Positions 55,153-64,000 of a DNA stretch of 64,000 bases are shown in pieces. The notes beneath the pieces were generated by a model. The model searched no databases and was not told the origin of the DNA. It saw only the letters and a list, made by a program, of their open reading frames with translations. The position numbers were made by a program, and so were the translations under genes. Position 1 is the first letter of the stretch, and the number at the start of each line of letters is the position of its first letter. This DNA is from Desulfovibrionales bacterium (GTDB taxonomy: Bacteria; Desulfobacterota; Desulfovibrionia; Desulfovibrionales; JBKHAV01): contig JBKHAV010000001.1 of the NCBI GenBank assembly GCA_046542715.1, forward strand, positions 36,684 through 100,683. The letters run 5' to 3'.

Positions 55153-56439
55153 TTACATGTCGCCCAATATCCTGTCGATCTGGATGGCTGCCGCCGATCG
55201 GACCGAGAGGTGGTTGTATTCGTCAAGATAACGCATGGGGCGAAGAACCCCGTCACACCGTTCATAGACTTCCCCGGCCAGACCCGACCCTGTGCCGAAG
55301 AGCAGGAGGACCGCTTCCGTGCGCAGACGGTTCTTGATCTCGCCAGGGGTGATGCTCCCCCGGGGCCGGGCGCTGGTCGCGTACACTCTGGGCCGTTGCC
55401 CGCACCGTTTTCCGATGGCATCGATGACCTGGCTCAGGTCATCTGCAGTTCGTACCAGGGAAAGCGCCTCGCACCGGTCCGGAATGGCCTCCTTTCCGCT
55501 GCCTTCAGTCCAATGTCCGATGATACGCCTGGCCAGTTCCTGCTGATCCTTCAGGGGGGTGACCAGAAAGTAGCCCCCAAGTCCGTAGGAACGGGAAACG
55601 CGTGCAATATCGTGAATGTCCAGGTTTGTCAAAGAAACTGTGCCGATTTCACCTTTTTTATTCAAAACAGGGTGATGGATCAAGGCGATATAGAGGTTTT
55701 TCCCTAAGGATCTCGGCATCTCCTCCTGCACGATACTGCGCAGCACCTTCAGGTCACCGGCATCTATCTCCGCTTCGGCAAGAAGGTCTGGCCGGCAAGC
55801 CAGCGTGGCCTTGAGCGACTGTTCGCGCCGCCACCTTTCAATGACGGCATGGTTGCCAGAGAGGAGAACCTCCGGCACCCTTTTGCCTTCGAACTCCTCA
55901 GGCCTGGTGTAATGCGGGTACTCCAGAACCCCGCTGCTGAAACTCTCCTCGCTGGTCGATTCCTCCTTGCCCATGAACTGCGGAAGGAGCCGTGAGACCG
56001 ACTCCATAAGACACAGGAGTGCGGATTCCCCGCCGTTCAGCACGAAATCACCCACGGAAACCGGCTCGATGGGGAAAAGCTCCCCGAGCCGGTCGTCAAT
56101 GCCTTCGTAGCGCCCGCAAAGGGTCGTGAGCACCGGTTCGGCAGCGAGTTCCACAGCCAGTTTCTGATCCAGCCTGCGGCCCTTGGGGGTGAGCAATACA
56201 ATCCTGCCCGGGTCGGGGATGCTGCGCAGCGCGGCAACAAGCGGCTCCAGTTTCATGACCATGCCCGGCCCCCCGCCGTAGGGCCGGTCATCAACGGTTC
56301 TGTGTTTGTCCGTGGCGAAATCTCGCGGGTTGACCAGTGCGACGTCCAAGACCCCGCTCTCCCTGGCCTTTCCCAGCAGGCCGCAGGACAACGAGGATTC
56401 AAAAAATTCCGGAAAAATGGAAATGATATTGAAACGCAC
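55153..56439 (-). CDS. trmD: tRNA (guanine37-N1)-methyltransferase TrmD fused to a second, C-terminal SPOUT-like domain
   Basis: 428 aa, compared with ~250 for canonical TrmD. The N-terminal ~240 aa is TrmD (DDRPYGGGPGMVMK, SVGDFVLNGGE). The C-terminal ~188 aa (IALIHHPVLNKKGEIGTVSLTNLDIHDIARVSRSYG...) resembles the TM1570-type predicted RNA methyltransferase. Confidence 0.85.
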   Translation of the reverse strand: MRFNIISIFPEFFESSLSCGLLGKARESGVLDVALVNPRDFATDKHRTVDDRPYGGGPGMVMKLEPLVAALRSIPDPGRIVLLTPKGRRLDQKLAVELAAEPVLTTLCGRYEGIDDRLGELFPIEPVSVGDFVLNGGESALLCLMESVSRLLPQFMGKEESTSEESFSSGVLEYPHYTRPEEFEGKRVPEVLLSGNHAVIERWRREQSLKATLACRPDLLAEAEIDAGDLKVLRSIVQEEMPRSLGKNLYIALIHHPVLNKKGEIGTVSLTNLDIHDIARVSRSYGLGGYFLVTPLKDQQELARRIIGHWTEGSGKEAIPDRCEALSLVRTADDLSQVIDAIGKRCGQRPRVYATSARPRGSITPGEIKNRLRTEAVLLLFGTGSGLAGEVYERCDGVLRPMRYLDEYNHLSVRSAAAIQIDRILGDM

Positions 56440-56499
56440 CGGTTTTTACTCTGAAAGGGATTAAAGGTCGCGGTCCTGCCGAAAGGAGACGCCGCCGCG

Positions 56500-57054
56500 T
56501 TACTCCCTTTCCGGAGTGGGACCGGAAGGTATATAGAGTTCAAGGAGGCCGGGAGGGGGATCGATACGGACTTCGCCCTCGTCTTTTTCGCACCGGAGGA
56601 TGAACGATTCCACCGCAGGAAACAAGATTTCATCGCCCCCACTGCCCCTGATCGTCCAGACCTCCTGCCCGGCGTTGTCCTGGATCTGTTCGATCACTCC
56701 AAGAAGCGAGCCGTCTTCAAGAAAGACGCGCCGGCCGATGAGGTCCACGTACAAGATGTCCTCCGGGTCGAGGGCCGGGAGGTCCCTGTACCGGGCCATG
56801 ATCATGCTTCCCCGCCAGGTCTCGGCCTGATCCAGCCCCTGAATCTCCTCGAACTTCAGCAGGAGACCTCTGTGATGGTGCCGCATGGAAACGAGGTGGA
56901 CCCGTTTGGGCCGCGCCCCTTCCTTCTGCAGGAAAAGCGCAGGCACTTCTTCAAAAACAAAAGGGGAGTCTGCATAGGAGTGAATGCGGACTTCCCCTTT
57001 GAGCCCGTGTGGTCGAACCACCCGTCCCAAGGCCATCATCCGAGCCTTGTTCAT
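56500..57054 (-). CDS. rimM: 16S rRNA processing protein RimM
   Basis: MALGRVVRPHGLKGEVRIHSYADSP plus a PRC-barrel C-terminus. The ATG lies at 57054. Confidence 0.88.
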   Translation of the reverse strand: MNKARMMALGRVVRPHGLKGEVRIHSYADSPFVFEEVPALFLQKEGARPKRVHLVSMRHHHRGLLLKFEEIQGLDQAETWRGSMIMARYRDLPALDPEDILYVDLIGRRVFLEDGSLLGVIEQIQDNAGQEVWTIRGSGGDEILFPAVESFILRCEKDEGEVRIDPPPGLLELYIPSGPTPERE

Positions 57055-57070
57055 CGACGTCGAGAATCCT

Positions 57071-57304
57071 TTATTCGATGATCTCCAGAACGGAACGCTT
57101 CCGAGCCTTGGTGGATGCGGCACCGAGTATGGTCCGCATCGCCCGCGCGGTCCGTCCCTGCTTTCCGATCACTTTCCCAAGATCTTCCTTTGCCACCTTG
57201 AGTTCGATCACTGAGGTCTGTTCCCCCTCGATCTCGGAAACGTGCACCTCATCAGGATTATCCACCAACGATTTGGCCATGTACTCTATCAGTTCCTTGA
57301 GCAT
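57071..57304 (-). CDS. KH-domain RNA-binding protein (YlqC/UPF0109)
   Basis: [26 protein letters not shown] contains the GxxG KH motif. A GGTGGAGG RBS precedes the ATG at 57304. Confidence 0.85.
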   Translation of the reverse strand: MLKELIEYMAKSLVDNPDEVHVSEIEGEQTSVIELKVAKEDLGKVIGKQGRTARAMRTILGAASTKARKRSVLEIIE

Positions 57305-57435
57305 TGCGAACCTCCACCCAATATTGAAATAGCTCCCGTCAATCGCCTCGAGAATGATCTGATACGACAATGGGGATTCTAATTATTATTGGGTTCTACA
57401 GCCTTTCGTCAAGTGGTTTTCCTTTTTCCTGACTT

Positions 57436-57681
57436 CTATTTCGTTGCCCCGGCTTTTTTCACGAGGGAGCGCACCGTGTCAGTGGGTTTGGCTCCCCTGT
57501 CCATCCAGTACTTGAGCTTGTCCTCGTCAATCTTGATCTCCGGGGTGGAAAGCATGGGGTTGTAATACCCCAGATAATCCAGAGCCCGCCCGTCACGTCT
57601 GGTTTCACTGTCCATGGCCACAATGCGGTAAAAAGGACGTTTCTTCGATCCCAGCCGGGTCAATCTGATTCGTACAGCCAT
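57436..57681 (-). CDS. rpsP: 30S ribosomal protein S16
   Basis: [32 protein letters not shown]. Confidence 0.95.
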   Translation of the reverse strand: MAVRIRLTRLGSKKRPFYRIVAMDSETRRDGRALDYLGYYNPMLSTPEIKIDEDKLKYWMDRGAKPTDTVRSLVKKAGATK

Positions 57682-57700
57682 TGATTCATACCCCCACGAG

Positions 57701-59149
57701 TTATTTTTTCTTTTTTTTCTTTTTGCTCAATTTCCGTTTCTTCTTCAATGCGGCCATGCCCCCGTTGAGCTTCCGGGTGCTCTGTCCGAGCGTCTTCTTG
57801 CCCTGGCCGGGAACCGGCATGGTCCCCCCACCGGGAAGGGGCATGCCCCCGCCCCCTTTGGACACTTTTTTCAGCATTTTTTGCATGTGGCTGAAATTTT
57901 TCAAGAGTTGATTCACTTCCGCAACCGTGGTTCCGCTGCCTCCGGCAATCCGGTTGCGCCGGCTCGGGTTGATCATGGACGGGGCCGACCGCTCCTGCGG
58001 GGTCATCGAATTGATGATGGCCTCGACCCTGTCCAGCTCTTTTTCAGGCATCTTGATATTGTTCATCTGCTCCTTGAGCTGTCCCATTCCCGGAATCATC
58101 TTGAGAATGCCTTCAAGGGAGCCCAGCTTCTTGAGCCGTCGCATCTGCTTGCGAAAATCCTCGAGGTCGAACTCCGCCTTCTTGATCTTTTTTTCGAGTT
58201 CCTGGGCTTCGCTCTCGTCGATTTCAGACTGCGCCTTCTCGATCAGGGTGAGGATATCGCCCATACCGAGTATCCGAGACGCCATCCTGTCGGGATGAAA
58301 GGCTTCCAGCTCGTTCAGCTTTTCACCCACCCCGATGAACTTGATGGGCTTGTCCGTGATGGACTTGATGGACAGGGCCGCCCCGCCCCGGGCATCACCC
58401 TCCATCTTGGTCAAAACGATGCCGGTGACGTCCAAAAGCTCATTGAAGCGCTGCGCAACGTTCACCGCATCCTGCCCGGTCATGGCATCGGCCACGAACA
58501 AAATTTCCTGCGGATTGCACTGCTCTTTGATGTTGACCAGCTCCTGCATGAGCTGTTCGTCCACATGCAGCCGTCCGGCAGTATCAAGAAGGACCACATC
58601 CCTGCCCTGGCGGGTCGCTTCCTCCACCGCGCGGACGCTGATGTCGACTGGGTTCATCTCCGGCGTGGACGCATACGCCGGAACCGAGAGTTCCGAGGCC
58701 AGCTTGTGCAACTGATCGATGGCCGCGGGGCGGTAGACGTCGGCCGGGACCAGGTACGGCTTGTGTTTCTCCCGCCGGAGAAAGAGCGAGAGCTTGGCGG
58801 CCGTCGTGGTCTTCCCCGAGCCCTGCAGCCCCACCATCATGATGACGTAGGGCGGTTTCCCCTTGAGGTTCAGCCCTTCGAACTCCCCCCCGAGAAGCTC
58901 CACCAGCTCCTCGTTGACGATCTTGACCACCTGCTGTCCGGGAGTCAGGCTGCGCAGAACGTCCTGGCCCATGGCCCGCTCCTGCACCCGTCCGATGAAC
59001 TCCTTGACCACCTTGAAGTTCACGTCGGCTTCGAGCAGGGCCAGGCGGACCTCGCGCAAACCGTCCTTGACGTTCTGTTCATCCAGCCGGCCATGGCCGC
59101 GGATCTTTTTAAAGACGTCGTTCAGTCTGTCTGAAAGGCTGTCAAACAT
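57701..59149 (-). CDS. ffh: Signal recognition particle protein Ffh
   Basis: NG domain ([15 protein letters not shown]), a Met-rich M domain and a Lys-rich C-terminal tail. Confidence 0.97.
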   Translation of the reverse strand: MFDSLSDRLNDVFKKIRGHGRLDEQNVKDGLREVRLALLEADVNFKVVKEFIGRVQERAMGQDVLRSLTPGQQVVKIVNEELVELLGGEFEGLNLKGKPPYVIMMVGLQGSGKTTTAAKLSLFLRREKHKPYLVPADVYRPAAIDQLHKLASELSVPAYASTPEMNPVDISVRAVEEATRQGRDVVLLDTAGRLHVDEQLMQELVNIKEQCNPQEILFVADAMTGQDAVNVAQRFNELLDVTGIVLTKMEGDARGGAALSIKSITDKPIKFIGVGEKLNELEAFHPDRMASRILGMGDILTLIEKAQSEIDESEAQELEKKIKKAEFDLEDFRKQMRRLKKLGSLEGILKMIPGMGQLKEQMNNIKMPEKELDRVEAIINSMTPQERSAPSMINPSRRNRIAGGSGTTVAEVNQLLKNFSHMQKMLKKVSKGGGGMPLPGGGTMPVPGQGKKTLGQSTRKLNGGMAALKKKRKLSKKKKKKK

Positions 59150-59196
59150 AGAATCCCGTTGACCCCCAAAAGGTTAAGCAGTCCTGCATAAATGAA

Positions 59197-59224
59197 GAAA
59201 AACCCCACGTCAAGCGACGTGGGG
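59197..59224 (-). terminator. Rho-independent terminator after the aminotransferase gene
   Basis: The minus strand reads CCCCACGTCG-ctt-GACGTGGGG followed by TTTTT. Confidence 0.75.
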
Positions 59225-59257
59225 AGGAAGAAGAACACCTTGACCCGGTTCGAACCG

Positions 59258-60439
59258 TTACCCCAGCGCTCGTTGAAACCCCTCGGCCGAGCGTTCGATA
59301 GTCTGCGTGCCCACGCAAAAGGTCAGGCGGAAGTACCCGGGACAGCCAAAGCCGACCCCGGGGACGGCGAGCACCCGCTCCTCCTGCAGGCGGCTGACGA
59401 ACGCCACATCGTCCCCGCCAGGGGCCCGGGGAAAAAAGTAGAACCCGCCCTGGGGCATGAAAAAGTCATATCCCGCGCCCTGGAGCATTGCGGCCATTTT
59501 CTCTCGGCGTTCGGCATATACTTCCGTATCCACCTGAGCGCCGAGCGCGCCCAGAAGAATTTTCTGGCCGATGGCCGGAGCATTGACATACCCCAGGATG
59601 CGATTGGTCAGGACCAGCCCGTTGATCAACTCGTCCTTGCCCTGCATTGCCGGGTTGGGGAGCACGTACCCGATCCGCTCTCCGGCCAGGGAAAGGCTCT
59701 TGGAAAAGGAGTTGATCACCACGCTGTATTCATACAGGGGAAGAACCGGCGGAACCTGCACCCCGTCGTAGACCAGAAAACGGTACGGTTCGTCCGAAAG
59801 GAGAAAAATCGGCCTGCCGAACTCCCGGGTTTTGCGGTTCAGAATATCCGCCAGCCCGGAAAGCTCTTCCCTGGTGTACACCCGCCCGGAAGGGTTGTTC
59901 GGGGAGTTGATCAGCACGATCCTGGTCTTCGGTCCGATCGCAGCCTCGATGGCGGCCAGGTCCAGCCCGAAATCAGGAAGGCTGGCAGGAACCAGCCGGA
60001 ACTCGCCGCCATGATTTTGGGCATAAAACCCGTATTCCACGAAGTAGGGGGCCTGGCAGACCACCTCTTCCCCCGGCTCCAGCACGGCCCGGAAAAAAGC
60101 GTTCAAGCCACCCGCGGCTCCGCATGAGAGGACCAGGTCGCCTGCTGCGACCTGCACGCCCTGCTCTTTGCTCAAAAATCCGGCCAGCTTCTCCCGAACA
60201 TCCGCATATCCGGCATTGGGCATGTACCCGAGGGCAAAGGGCGAGCCCAGATCCCGTGCAACTTGGGCCAATGACTCGCTCACTTCCCTGGGCGGCGGAA
60301 GATCGGGATTTCCCAGGCTGAAGTCAAAGACATTCTCGGCTCCATACCGGTCTCTGAGACTGGCCCCGGCCTCGAACATCTTCCTGATCCAGGAGGACCG
60401 CTCAAGATATCCTGCAACCTGATCGGACAATATTTTCAT
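59258..60439 (-). CDS. Class I/II PLP-dependent aminotransferase (aspartate/alanine aminotransferase-like)
   Basis: The PLP-lysine region is INSFSKSLSLAGERIGY. A GAGGTGG RBS precedes the ATG at 60439. Confidence 0.85.
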   Translation of the reverse strand: MKILSDQVAGYLERSSWIRKMFEAGASLRDRYGAENVFDFSLGNPDLPPPREVSESLAQVARDLGSPFALGYMPNAGYADVREKLAGFLSKEQGVQVAAGDLVLSCGAAGGLNAFFRAVLEPGEEVVCQAPYFVEYGFYAQNHGGEFRLVPASLPDFGLDLAAIEAAIGPKTRIVLINSPNNPSGRVYTREELSGLADILNRKTREFGRPIFLLSDEPYRFLVYDGVQVPPVLPLYEYSVVINSFSKSLSLAGERIGYVLPNPAMQGKDELINGLVLTNRILGYVNAPAIGQKILLGALGAQVDTEVYAERREKMAAMLQGAGYDFFMPQGGFYFFPRAPGGDDVAFVSRLQEERVLAVPGVGFGCPGYFRLTFCVGTQTIERSAEGFQRALG

Positions 60440-60487
60440 AACCACCTCTTAATCCGAGTCAAACCAAGATTTAAACTTCTTCTCTTC

Positions 60488-60523
60488 GTTTCGAATTTCG
60501 TATTTCGAGTTTCGAATTTCGTT
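60488..60523. repeat. 8-nt-periodic TTCGAA array (family member D)
   Basis: Sequence gtttcgaatttcgtatttcgagtttcgaatttcgtt lies 2 nt from the stop (60526-60528) of the bEBP gene. Confidence 0.75.
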
Positions 60524-60525
60524 CC

Positions 60526-61926
60526 TCAAGGAATATCCATCCCCTGTTTCCGATACTCGTTGAGCTTGTTGCGGAGGGTGCGCACGGATATCCCCAGGAG
60601 CTGCGATGCCTGTGTCCTGTTGCCTTCGGTATGGTCCAGGCTTTTCATGATCATTTTCTGTTCCATGACATGCAAGGGAACAAGCTCCATGGCATCCTCG
60701 GCGGCAACAGCGATTCCCTGCCCCCCATTGCCGGTCCCTTCCACCCCGAGTTCACCTTCCGGAAGCCATTGTCCATCCTCGATCAAAAAATGCCTCGGCT
60801 GCACAGGACCCTTTCCGGCGAGGAGCACGGCGCGCTCCATGAGGTTTTGCAGCTCCCGGACATTTCCAGGCCATGAATACTCAAGCAGCCACTGTCTCGC
60901 GTCTGCGCCAAGCTCCAGAGGTGCAAGCCCGTACTCCCGGCAGTATCGCCGAATAAAAAAACCGGCCAGGGGAAGGATGTCCTCTTTGCGCTCCCGAAGC
61001 GGGGGCAGCTTGATGGGGATCACGTTCAACCTGTAATAGAGGTCCTGCCGGAAGTTGCCCTGTTCCACGGACTCTTCCAGATTGCGGTTCGTGGTGGCCA
61101 GCACCCTGACGTCCACGGGAATGGTCTCTGTTCCGCCAACCCGGTCGATCTCCCCTTCCTGCAGGACCCGCAGGAGCTTGGCCTGCAGCCCGATATCCAT
61201 CTCTGAAATTTCGTCCAGGAGAATCGTTCCCCTGGCGGCGAGTTCGAATCGTCCCGGCTTTCTGCTGACAGCTCCGGTAAAAGCCCCTTTTTCATGACCG
61301 AAAAGCTCGCTCTCCAGCAGATGCTCTGGAAGCGCGGCGCAGTTGATGGCGATGAAGGGACCCTTTTCTCTGGGGCTGTGGCCGTGGACATAGCGGGCGA
61401 TCATTTCCTTCCCGGTGCCGGACTCTCCGGAAATGAGCACCGTGGCCTTGGACGGGGCGATCTGCCGGGCCAGGGCAAGCACCCGCTGCATGACGGGATG
61501 CTCGGCAATGATGGTGTGATCTTTCTTCGGGGGGGTGGTTTGCCGGGGGGGTGCAGGCTCGGCCCGGCTCGGGAGCACGGTCGCCATTTTTTCCCAGGTG
61601 AGCGGAGTGAGCCAGTAATCCTTGGCGCCCATTTCCATCAGCCGCTGTGCTTCACTGGCCGAACCCTGCCGGGTGCATACCACGACAGGCGGAAATGCCT
61701 CGGTTCCGTTCGCCTCCTTGAGCAGGGAGTCGACTCTGTACCCCGGAAGCGCCGCCTGGGAGAAGACGAGCGCAGGCCTGCTCTTCTGAATGTAGTGGAG
61801 GGCTCCCTGCAGACTGTCTGCTAGTCCCACATCGATCTGCTCCTCCCTGAACCGGGTGATGAGATCGGTGATTTCCTCCGACCGGCCCACAAAGAGGATG
61901 GTCAATCGTGACATAGCCCTGCTCAT
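60526..61926 (-). CDS. Sigma54-dependent transcriptional activator (NtrC family) with a degenerate receiver domain
   Basis: AAA+ Walker A GESGTGKE, the GAFTGA loop, and a C-terminal Fis-type HTH NRTQASQLLGISVRTLRNKL. The N-terminal REC-like domain lacks the conserved acidic residues. Start options are 61926, 61914 and 61992. Confidence 0.85.
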   Translation of the reverse strand: MSRAMSRLTILFVGRSEEITDLITRFREEQIDVGLADSLQGALHYIQKSRPALVFSQAALPGYRVDSLLKEANGTEAFPPVVVCTRQGSASEAQRLMEMGAKDYWLTPLTWEKMATVLPSRAEPAPPRQTTPPKKDHTIIAEHPVMQRVLALARQIAPSKATVLISGESGTGKEMIARYVHGHSPREKGPFIAINCAALPEHLLESELFGHEKGAFTGAVSRKPGRFELAARGTILLDEISEMDIGLQAKLLRVLQEGEIDRVGGTETIPVDVRVLATTNRNLEESVEQGNFRQDLYYRLNVIPIKLPPLRERKEDILPLAGFFIRRYCREYGLAPLELGADARQWLLEYSWPGNVRELQNLMERAVLLAGKGPVQPRHFLIEDGQWLPEGELGVEGTGNGGQGIAVAAEDAMELVPLHVMEQKMIMKSLDHTEGNRTQASQLLGISVRTLRNKLNEYRKQGMDIP

Positions 61927-62011
61927 ACTCTCAAGTTCAGGAATTATCAATTCTCGCCCCATGCTGCCACCCTTGCCCTGTTGTGGCACCATCTGATAGG
62001 AGGAGCATGCT

Positions 62012-62803
62012 TTGATCAGGAATCACGACCCTGTCAAGCGCAACTCCGTGATAATCGCAATAACGGTGAGAAAGTTGATCACGTTTGATAGCGTTCACAA
62101 ATGGTTCGGAGATCTCCACGTCCTGCAAAACATCTCCCTGCACATCGACCGGGGGGAGGTGGTCGTTATCTGCGGCCCCAGCGGGTCCGGGAAATCCACC
62201 CTCATCAGGTGCATCAACAGGCTGGAACCTGTCCAGCGGGGCACCATCACGGTGGACGGGATCAACCTCGATGCCCAGGACCTGAACCTGACCCAGCTCC
62301 GGGCGGAAATCGGCTTCGTTTTCCAGCATTTCAACCTCTATCCGCACATGACTGTTTTGGAAAACATCACCCTTGCTCCCCAGCTGGTCCGCAAAATGGG
62401 TTCCCGTGAGGTCAGAAAAATGGCCCTGGACCTTCTGACGAAAGTCGATATTCCGGACAAGGCCGACGCATACCCGGCACAGCTCTCCGGAGGGCAGCAG
62501 CAGCGGGTGGCCATTGCCCGCGGCCTGGCCATGCAGCCAAAAATCATGCTCTTTGACGAACCAACCTCCGCCCTGGACCCGGAGATGATCAACGAAGTGC
62601 TCGAGGTCATGAAAAAACTGGCCCGGGAAGGCATGACCATGGTCTGCGTCACCCATGAGATGGGGTTTGCCCGGGAAGTGGCCGACCGCGTCATCTTCAT
62701 GGACGGCGGTGTGCTCATCGAGGAGAACACCCCGGACTTATTTTTTACCAACCCACAGCATGAGCGCACCAGGCTGTTTTTGAGCAAAATTCTGTCCCAC
62801 TAA
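62012..62803 (+). CDS. Polar amino acid ABC transporter ATP-binding protein (GlnQ-like)
   Basis: Walker [10 protein letters not shown], signature [15 protein letters not shown], Walker [13 protein letters not shown]. The true start is probably internal, near 62070-62084. Confidence 0.88.
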   Translation: MIRNHDPVKRNSVIIAITVRKLITFDSVHKWFGDLHVLQNISLHIDRGEVVVICGPSGSGKSTLIRCINRLEPVQRGTITVDGINLDAQDLNLTQLRAEIGFVFQHFNLYPHMTVLENITLAPQLVRKMGSREVRKMALDLLTKVDIPDKADAYPAQLSGGQQQRVAIARGLAMQPKIMLFDEPTSALDPEMINEVLEVMKKLAREGMTMVCVTHEMGFAREVADRVIFMDGGVLIEENTPDLFFTNPQHERTRLFLSKILSH

Positions 62804-62856
62804 GCGTGACCAGGGGATGGACCCCATATTTCCATTAACCCTTGAGGAGGTTTACT

Positions 62857-63681
62857 ATGCGCAAAGTGTCTGTTTTTGGATTTCTGGTTCTATGCCTTTG
62901 CATCGCCCAGACCGCAGTGGCCGGACCGACCTACGACAAGGTCATGAAGGACAAGGTCATCCGGGCCGGTATCATGACCGACTCCATTCCAGGTGCGTTC
63001 TACAACGAAAACCAGGAATGGGTCGGTTTTGACGTGGACATCGCCGAAGAGATCGCCCGCCGGCTCGGCGTCAAGCTGGAGCGGGTGCCTGTGACGAACA
63101 AGACACGGATCGCCTTTGTCCAGCAGGGCCGGATCGACATGTCCGTGGCCAACATGACCCACAAGCGCGAACGGGACAAATCCATCGATTTTTCCATCAC
63201 CTACTTTTTCGACGGCCAGAAGATCCTGGCCAAGAAAGGGCAGTTCACCAAGCATGAGGATTTTGTCGGCAAGAAAATTGCCACCATGCAGGGCACCACG
63301 TCCGAGATCAACATCAAAAACCTCCTCAAGGAACTCGGCGACCCAGATTACGAGAAGAACGTCATCTCCTTTCAGAAGGAATCTGAGTGTTTCCAGGCCC
63401 TGCAGATGGGCCGTGTTGAGGGCTGGTCTACCGATTCCACGATTCTGCTGGGCTATGCCGCGCAGGTCCCCGGCCAGTTCGAGCTGGTGGGCGACTTCTT
63501 CTCCAACGAGCCTTATGGCATCGGTCTGCCTGAAGACGATTCCAAGTGGAGGGACACCATCAACTTCACCCTCCAGGACATGTGGGCGGACGGAACCTAT
63601 ATGAAGATCTACGACAAGTGGTACGGTCCTGACACGCCTTACTACTTCCCGCTGACCGAAGAAATCGAGATGTGGCCCTAA
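62857..63681 (+). CDS. Polar amino acid ABC transporter substrate-binding protein
   Basis: GAGGAGG RBS, signal peptide MRKVSVFGFLVLCLCIAQTAVAG, and an SBP_bac_3-like body (GFDVDIAEEIARRLG). Confidence 0.85.
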   Translation: MRKVSVFGFLVLCLCIAQTAVAGPTYDKVMKDKVIRAGIMTDSIPGAFYNENQEWVGFDVDIAEEIARRLGVKLERVPVTNKTRIAFVQQGRIDMSVANMTHKRERDKSIDFSITYFFDGQKILAKKGQFTKHEDFVGKKIATMQGTTSEINIKNLLKELGDPDYEKNVISFQKESECFQALQMGRVEGWSTDSTILLGYAAQVPGQFELVGDFFSNEPYGIGLPEDDSKWRDTINFTLQDMWADGTYMKIYDKWYGPDTPYYFPLTEEIEMWP

Positions 63682-63699
63682 CCGCCTGTGAGACGAGCA

Positions 63700-63733
63700 C
63701 ATTGCAAGCCCGGATTCGTCCGGGCTTGCAATG
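63700..63733 (+). other. 14-bp stem-loop between the binding-protein and permease genes
   Basis: CATTGCAAGCCCGG-attcgt-CCGGGCTTGCAATG. There is no strong U-tract, so it is probably an intra-operon stabiliser or attenuator. Confidence 0.55.
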
Positions 63734-63757
63734 TTGTACCATCCATCGGCCTGTGAC

Positions 63758-64000
63758 ATGACCATGATACGCACCTGGTTCGAAAAACCCTGGGTCCAGA
63801 ACATGACGCTCCTGACCATCGTCGGAGCGGCCGTGTACTTTTGGGGCTTTATTTTCGATTTCGGCTACAACTTCGAATGGTCGGTCCTGTACACCGAGAA
63901 CCAGACCTACGGAGAAGTCCTGGGGTTCAACCTTCTCAAGGGGTTGAAGCTGACCATTGTTATCTCCCTGATCAGCTCTGCCATTGCCCTGGCCCTTGGG
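63758..64000 (+). CDS. Amino acid ABC transporter permease (5' partial, runs off the window)
   Basis: The ATG at 63758 opens an unbroken hydrophobic frame to the window edge. The position after the SBP gene supports the call. Confidence 0.6.
   Translation, partial: MTMIRTWFEKPWVQNMTLLTIVGAAVYFWGFIFDFGYNFEWSVLYTENQTYGEVLGFNLLKGLKLTIVISLISSAIALALG

Noticed and set aside
57701-57745. Homopolymer-rich (A/T runs) 3' end of ffh as a frameshift or phase-variation site
   Set aside because: It simply encodes the Lys-rich C-terminal tail ([14 protein letters not shown]) at the extreme end of the protein. A slip would change only a few residues.
61984-62000. TGGCAC hexamer as a sigma54 -24 element upstream of the ABC transporter
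   Set aside because: The sequence five nt downstream is GATA rather than TTGC, so there is no -12 GC element at the correct spacing.

Overview
This is a 64-kb chromosomal window that looks like a high-GC sulfate reducer of the Desulfovibrionales type. That call rests on gene content and synteny recalled from memory; no database search was possible. I call about 75 protein genes and one tRNA-Ser(CGA), most of them on the minus strand.

Main content:
- The dissimilatory sulfate-activation locus sits at 16.0-25.9 kb, with sat diverging from aprBA-qmoABC plus a DVU0851-like gene.
- Other core blocks are ilvBNC, a livGKHMF branched-chain amino-acid transporter and tatA.
- Further blocks are aconitase-ppiD, argJ, secA and smpB-ptsI-ptsH-PTS IID.
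- The remaining blocks are the ffh-rpsP-KH-rimM-trmD-rplS-rnhB-yraN-rsmI cluster and a polar amino-acid ABC transporter.

I found no CRISPR array, transposase, integrase, prophage or recognisable defence gene.

The most unusual signals, none of them proven as a system:
1. A family of short-period (7-8 nt) low-complexity arrays lies within 0-10 nt of the stop codons of five minus-strand genes. Two occur as inverted pairs around a 110-250 nt core.
2. A translationally coupled trio lies downstream of sat: a chorismate-mutase-like helix fused to a degenerate EPSP-synthase fold, a small coiled-coil ORF, and a PAS/HisKA sensor with no ATPase domain.
3. A 6.4-kb plus-strand island of small stress or membrane proteins splits a glcD-like/glcF-like pair.
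4. The DVU0851-like protein has a C-terminal tail resembling a ribosomal P-stalk protein.
5. TrmD is fused to a second SPOUT-like domain.
6. A 25-codon Arg-rich uORF overlaps the argJ start codon.

All functional calls rest on motifs read from the translations and on remembered family signatures. Start codons are best guesses from RBS context.
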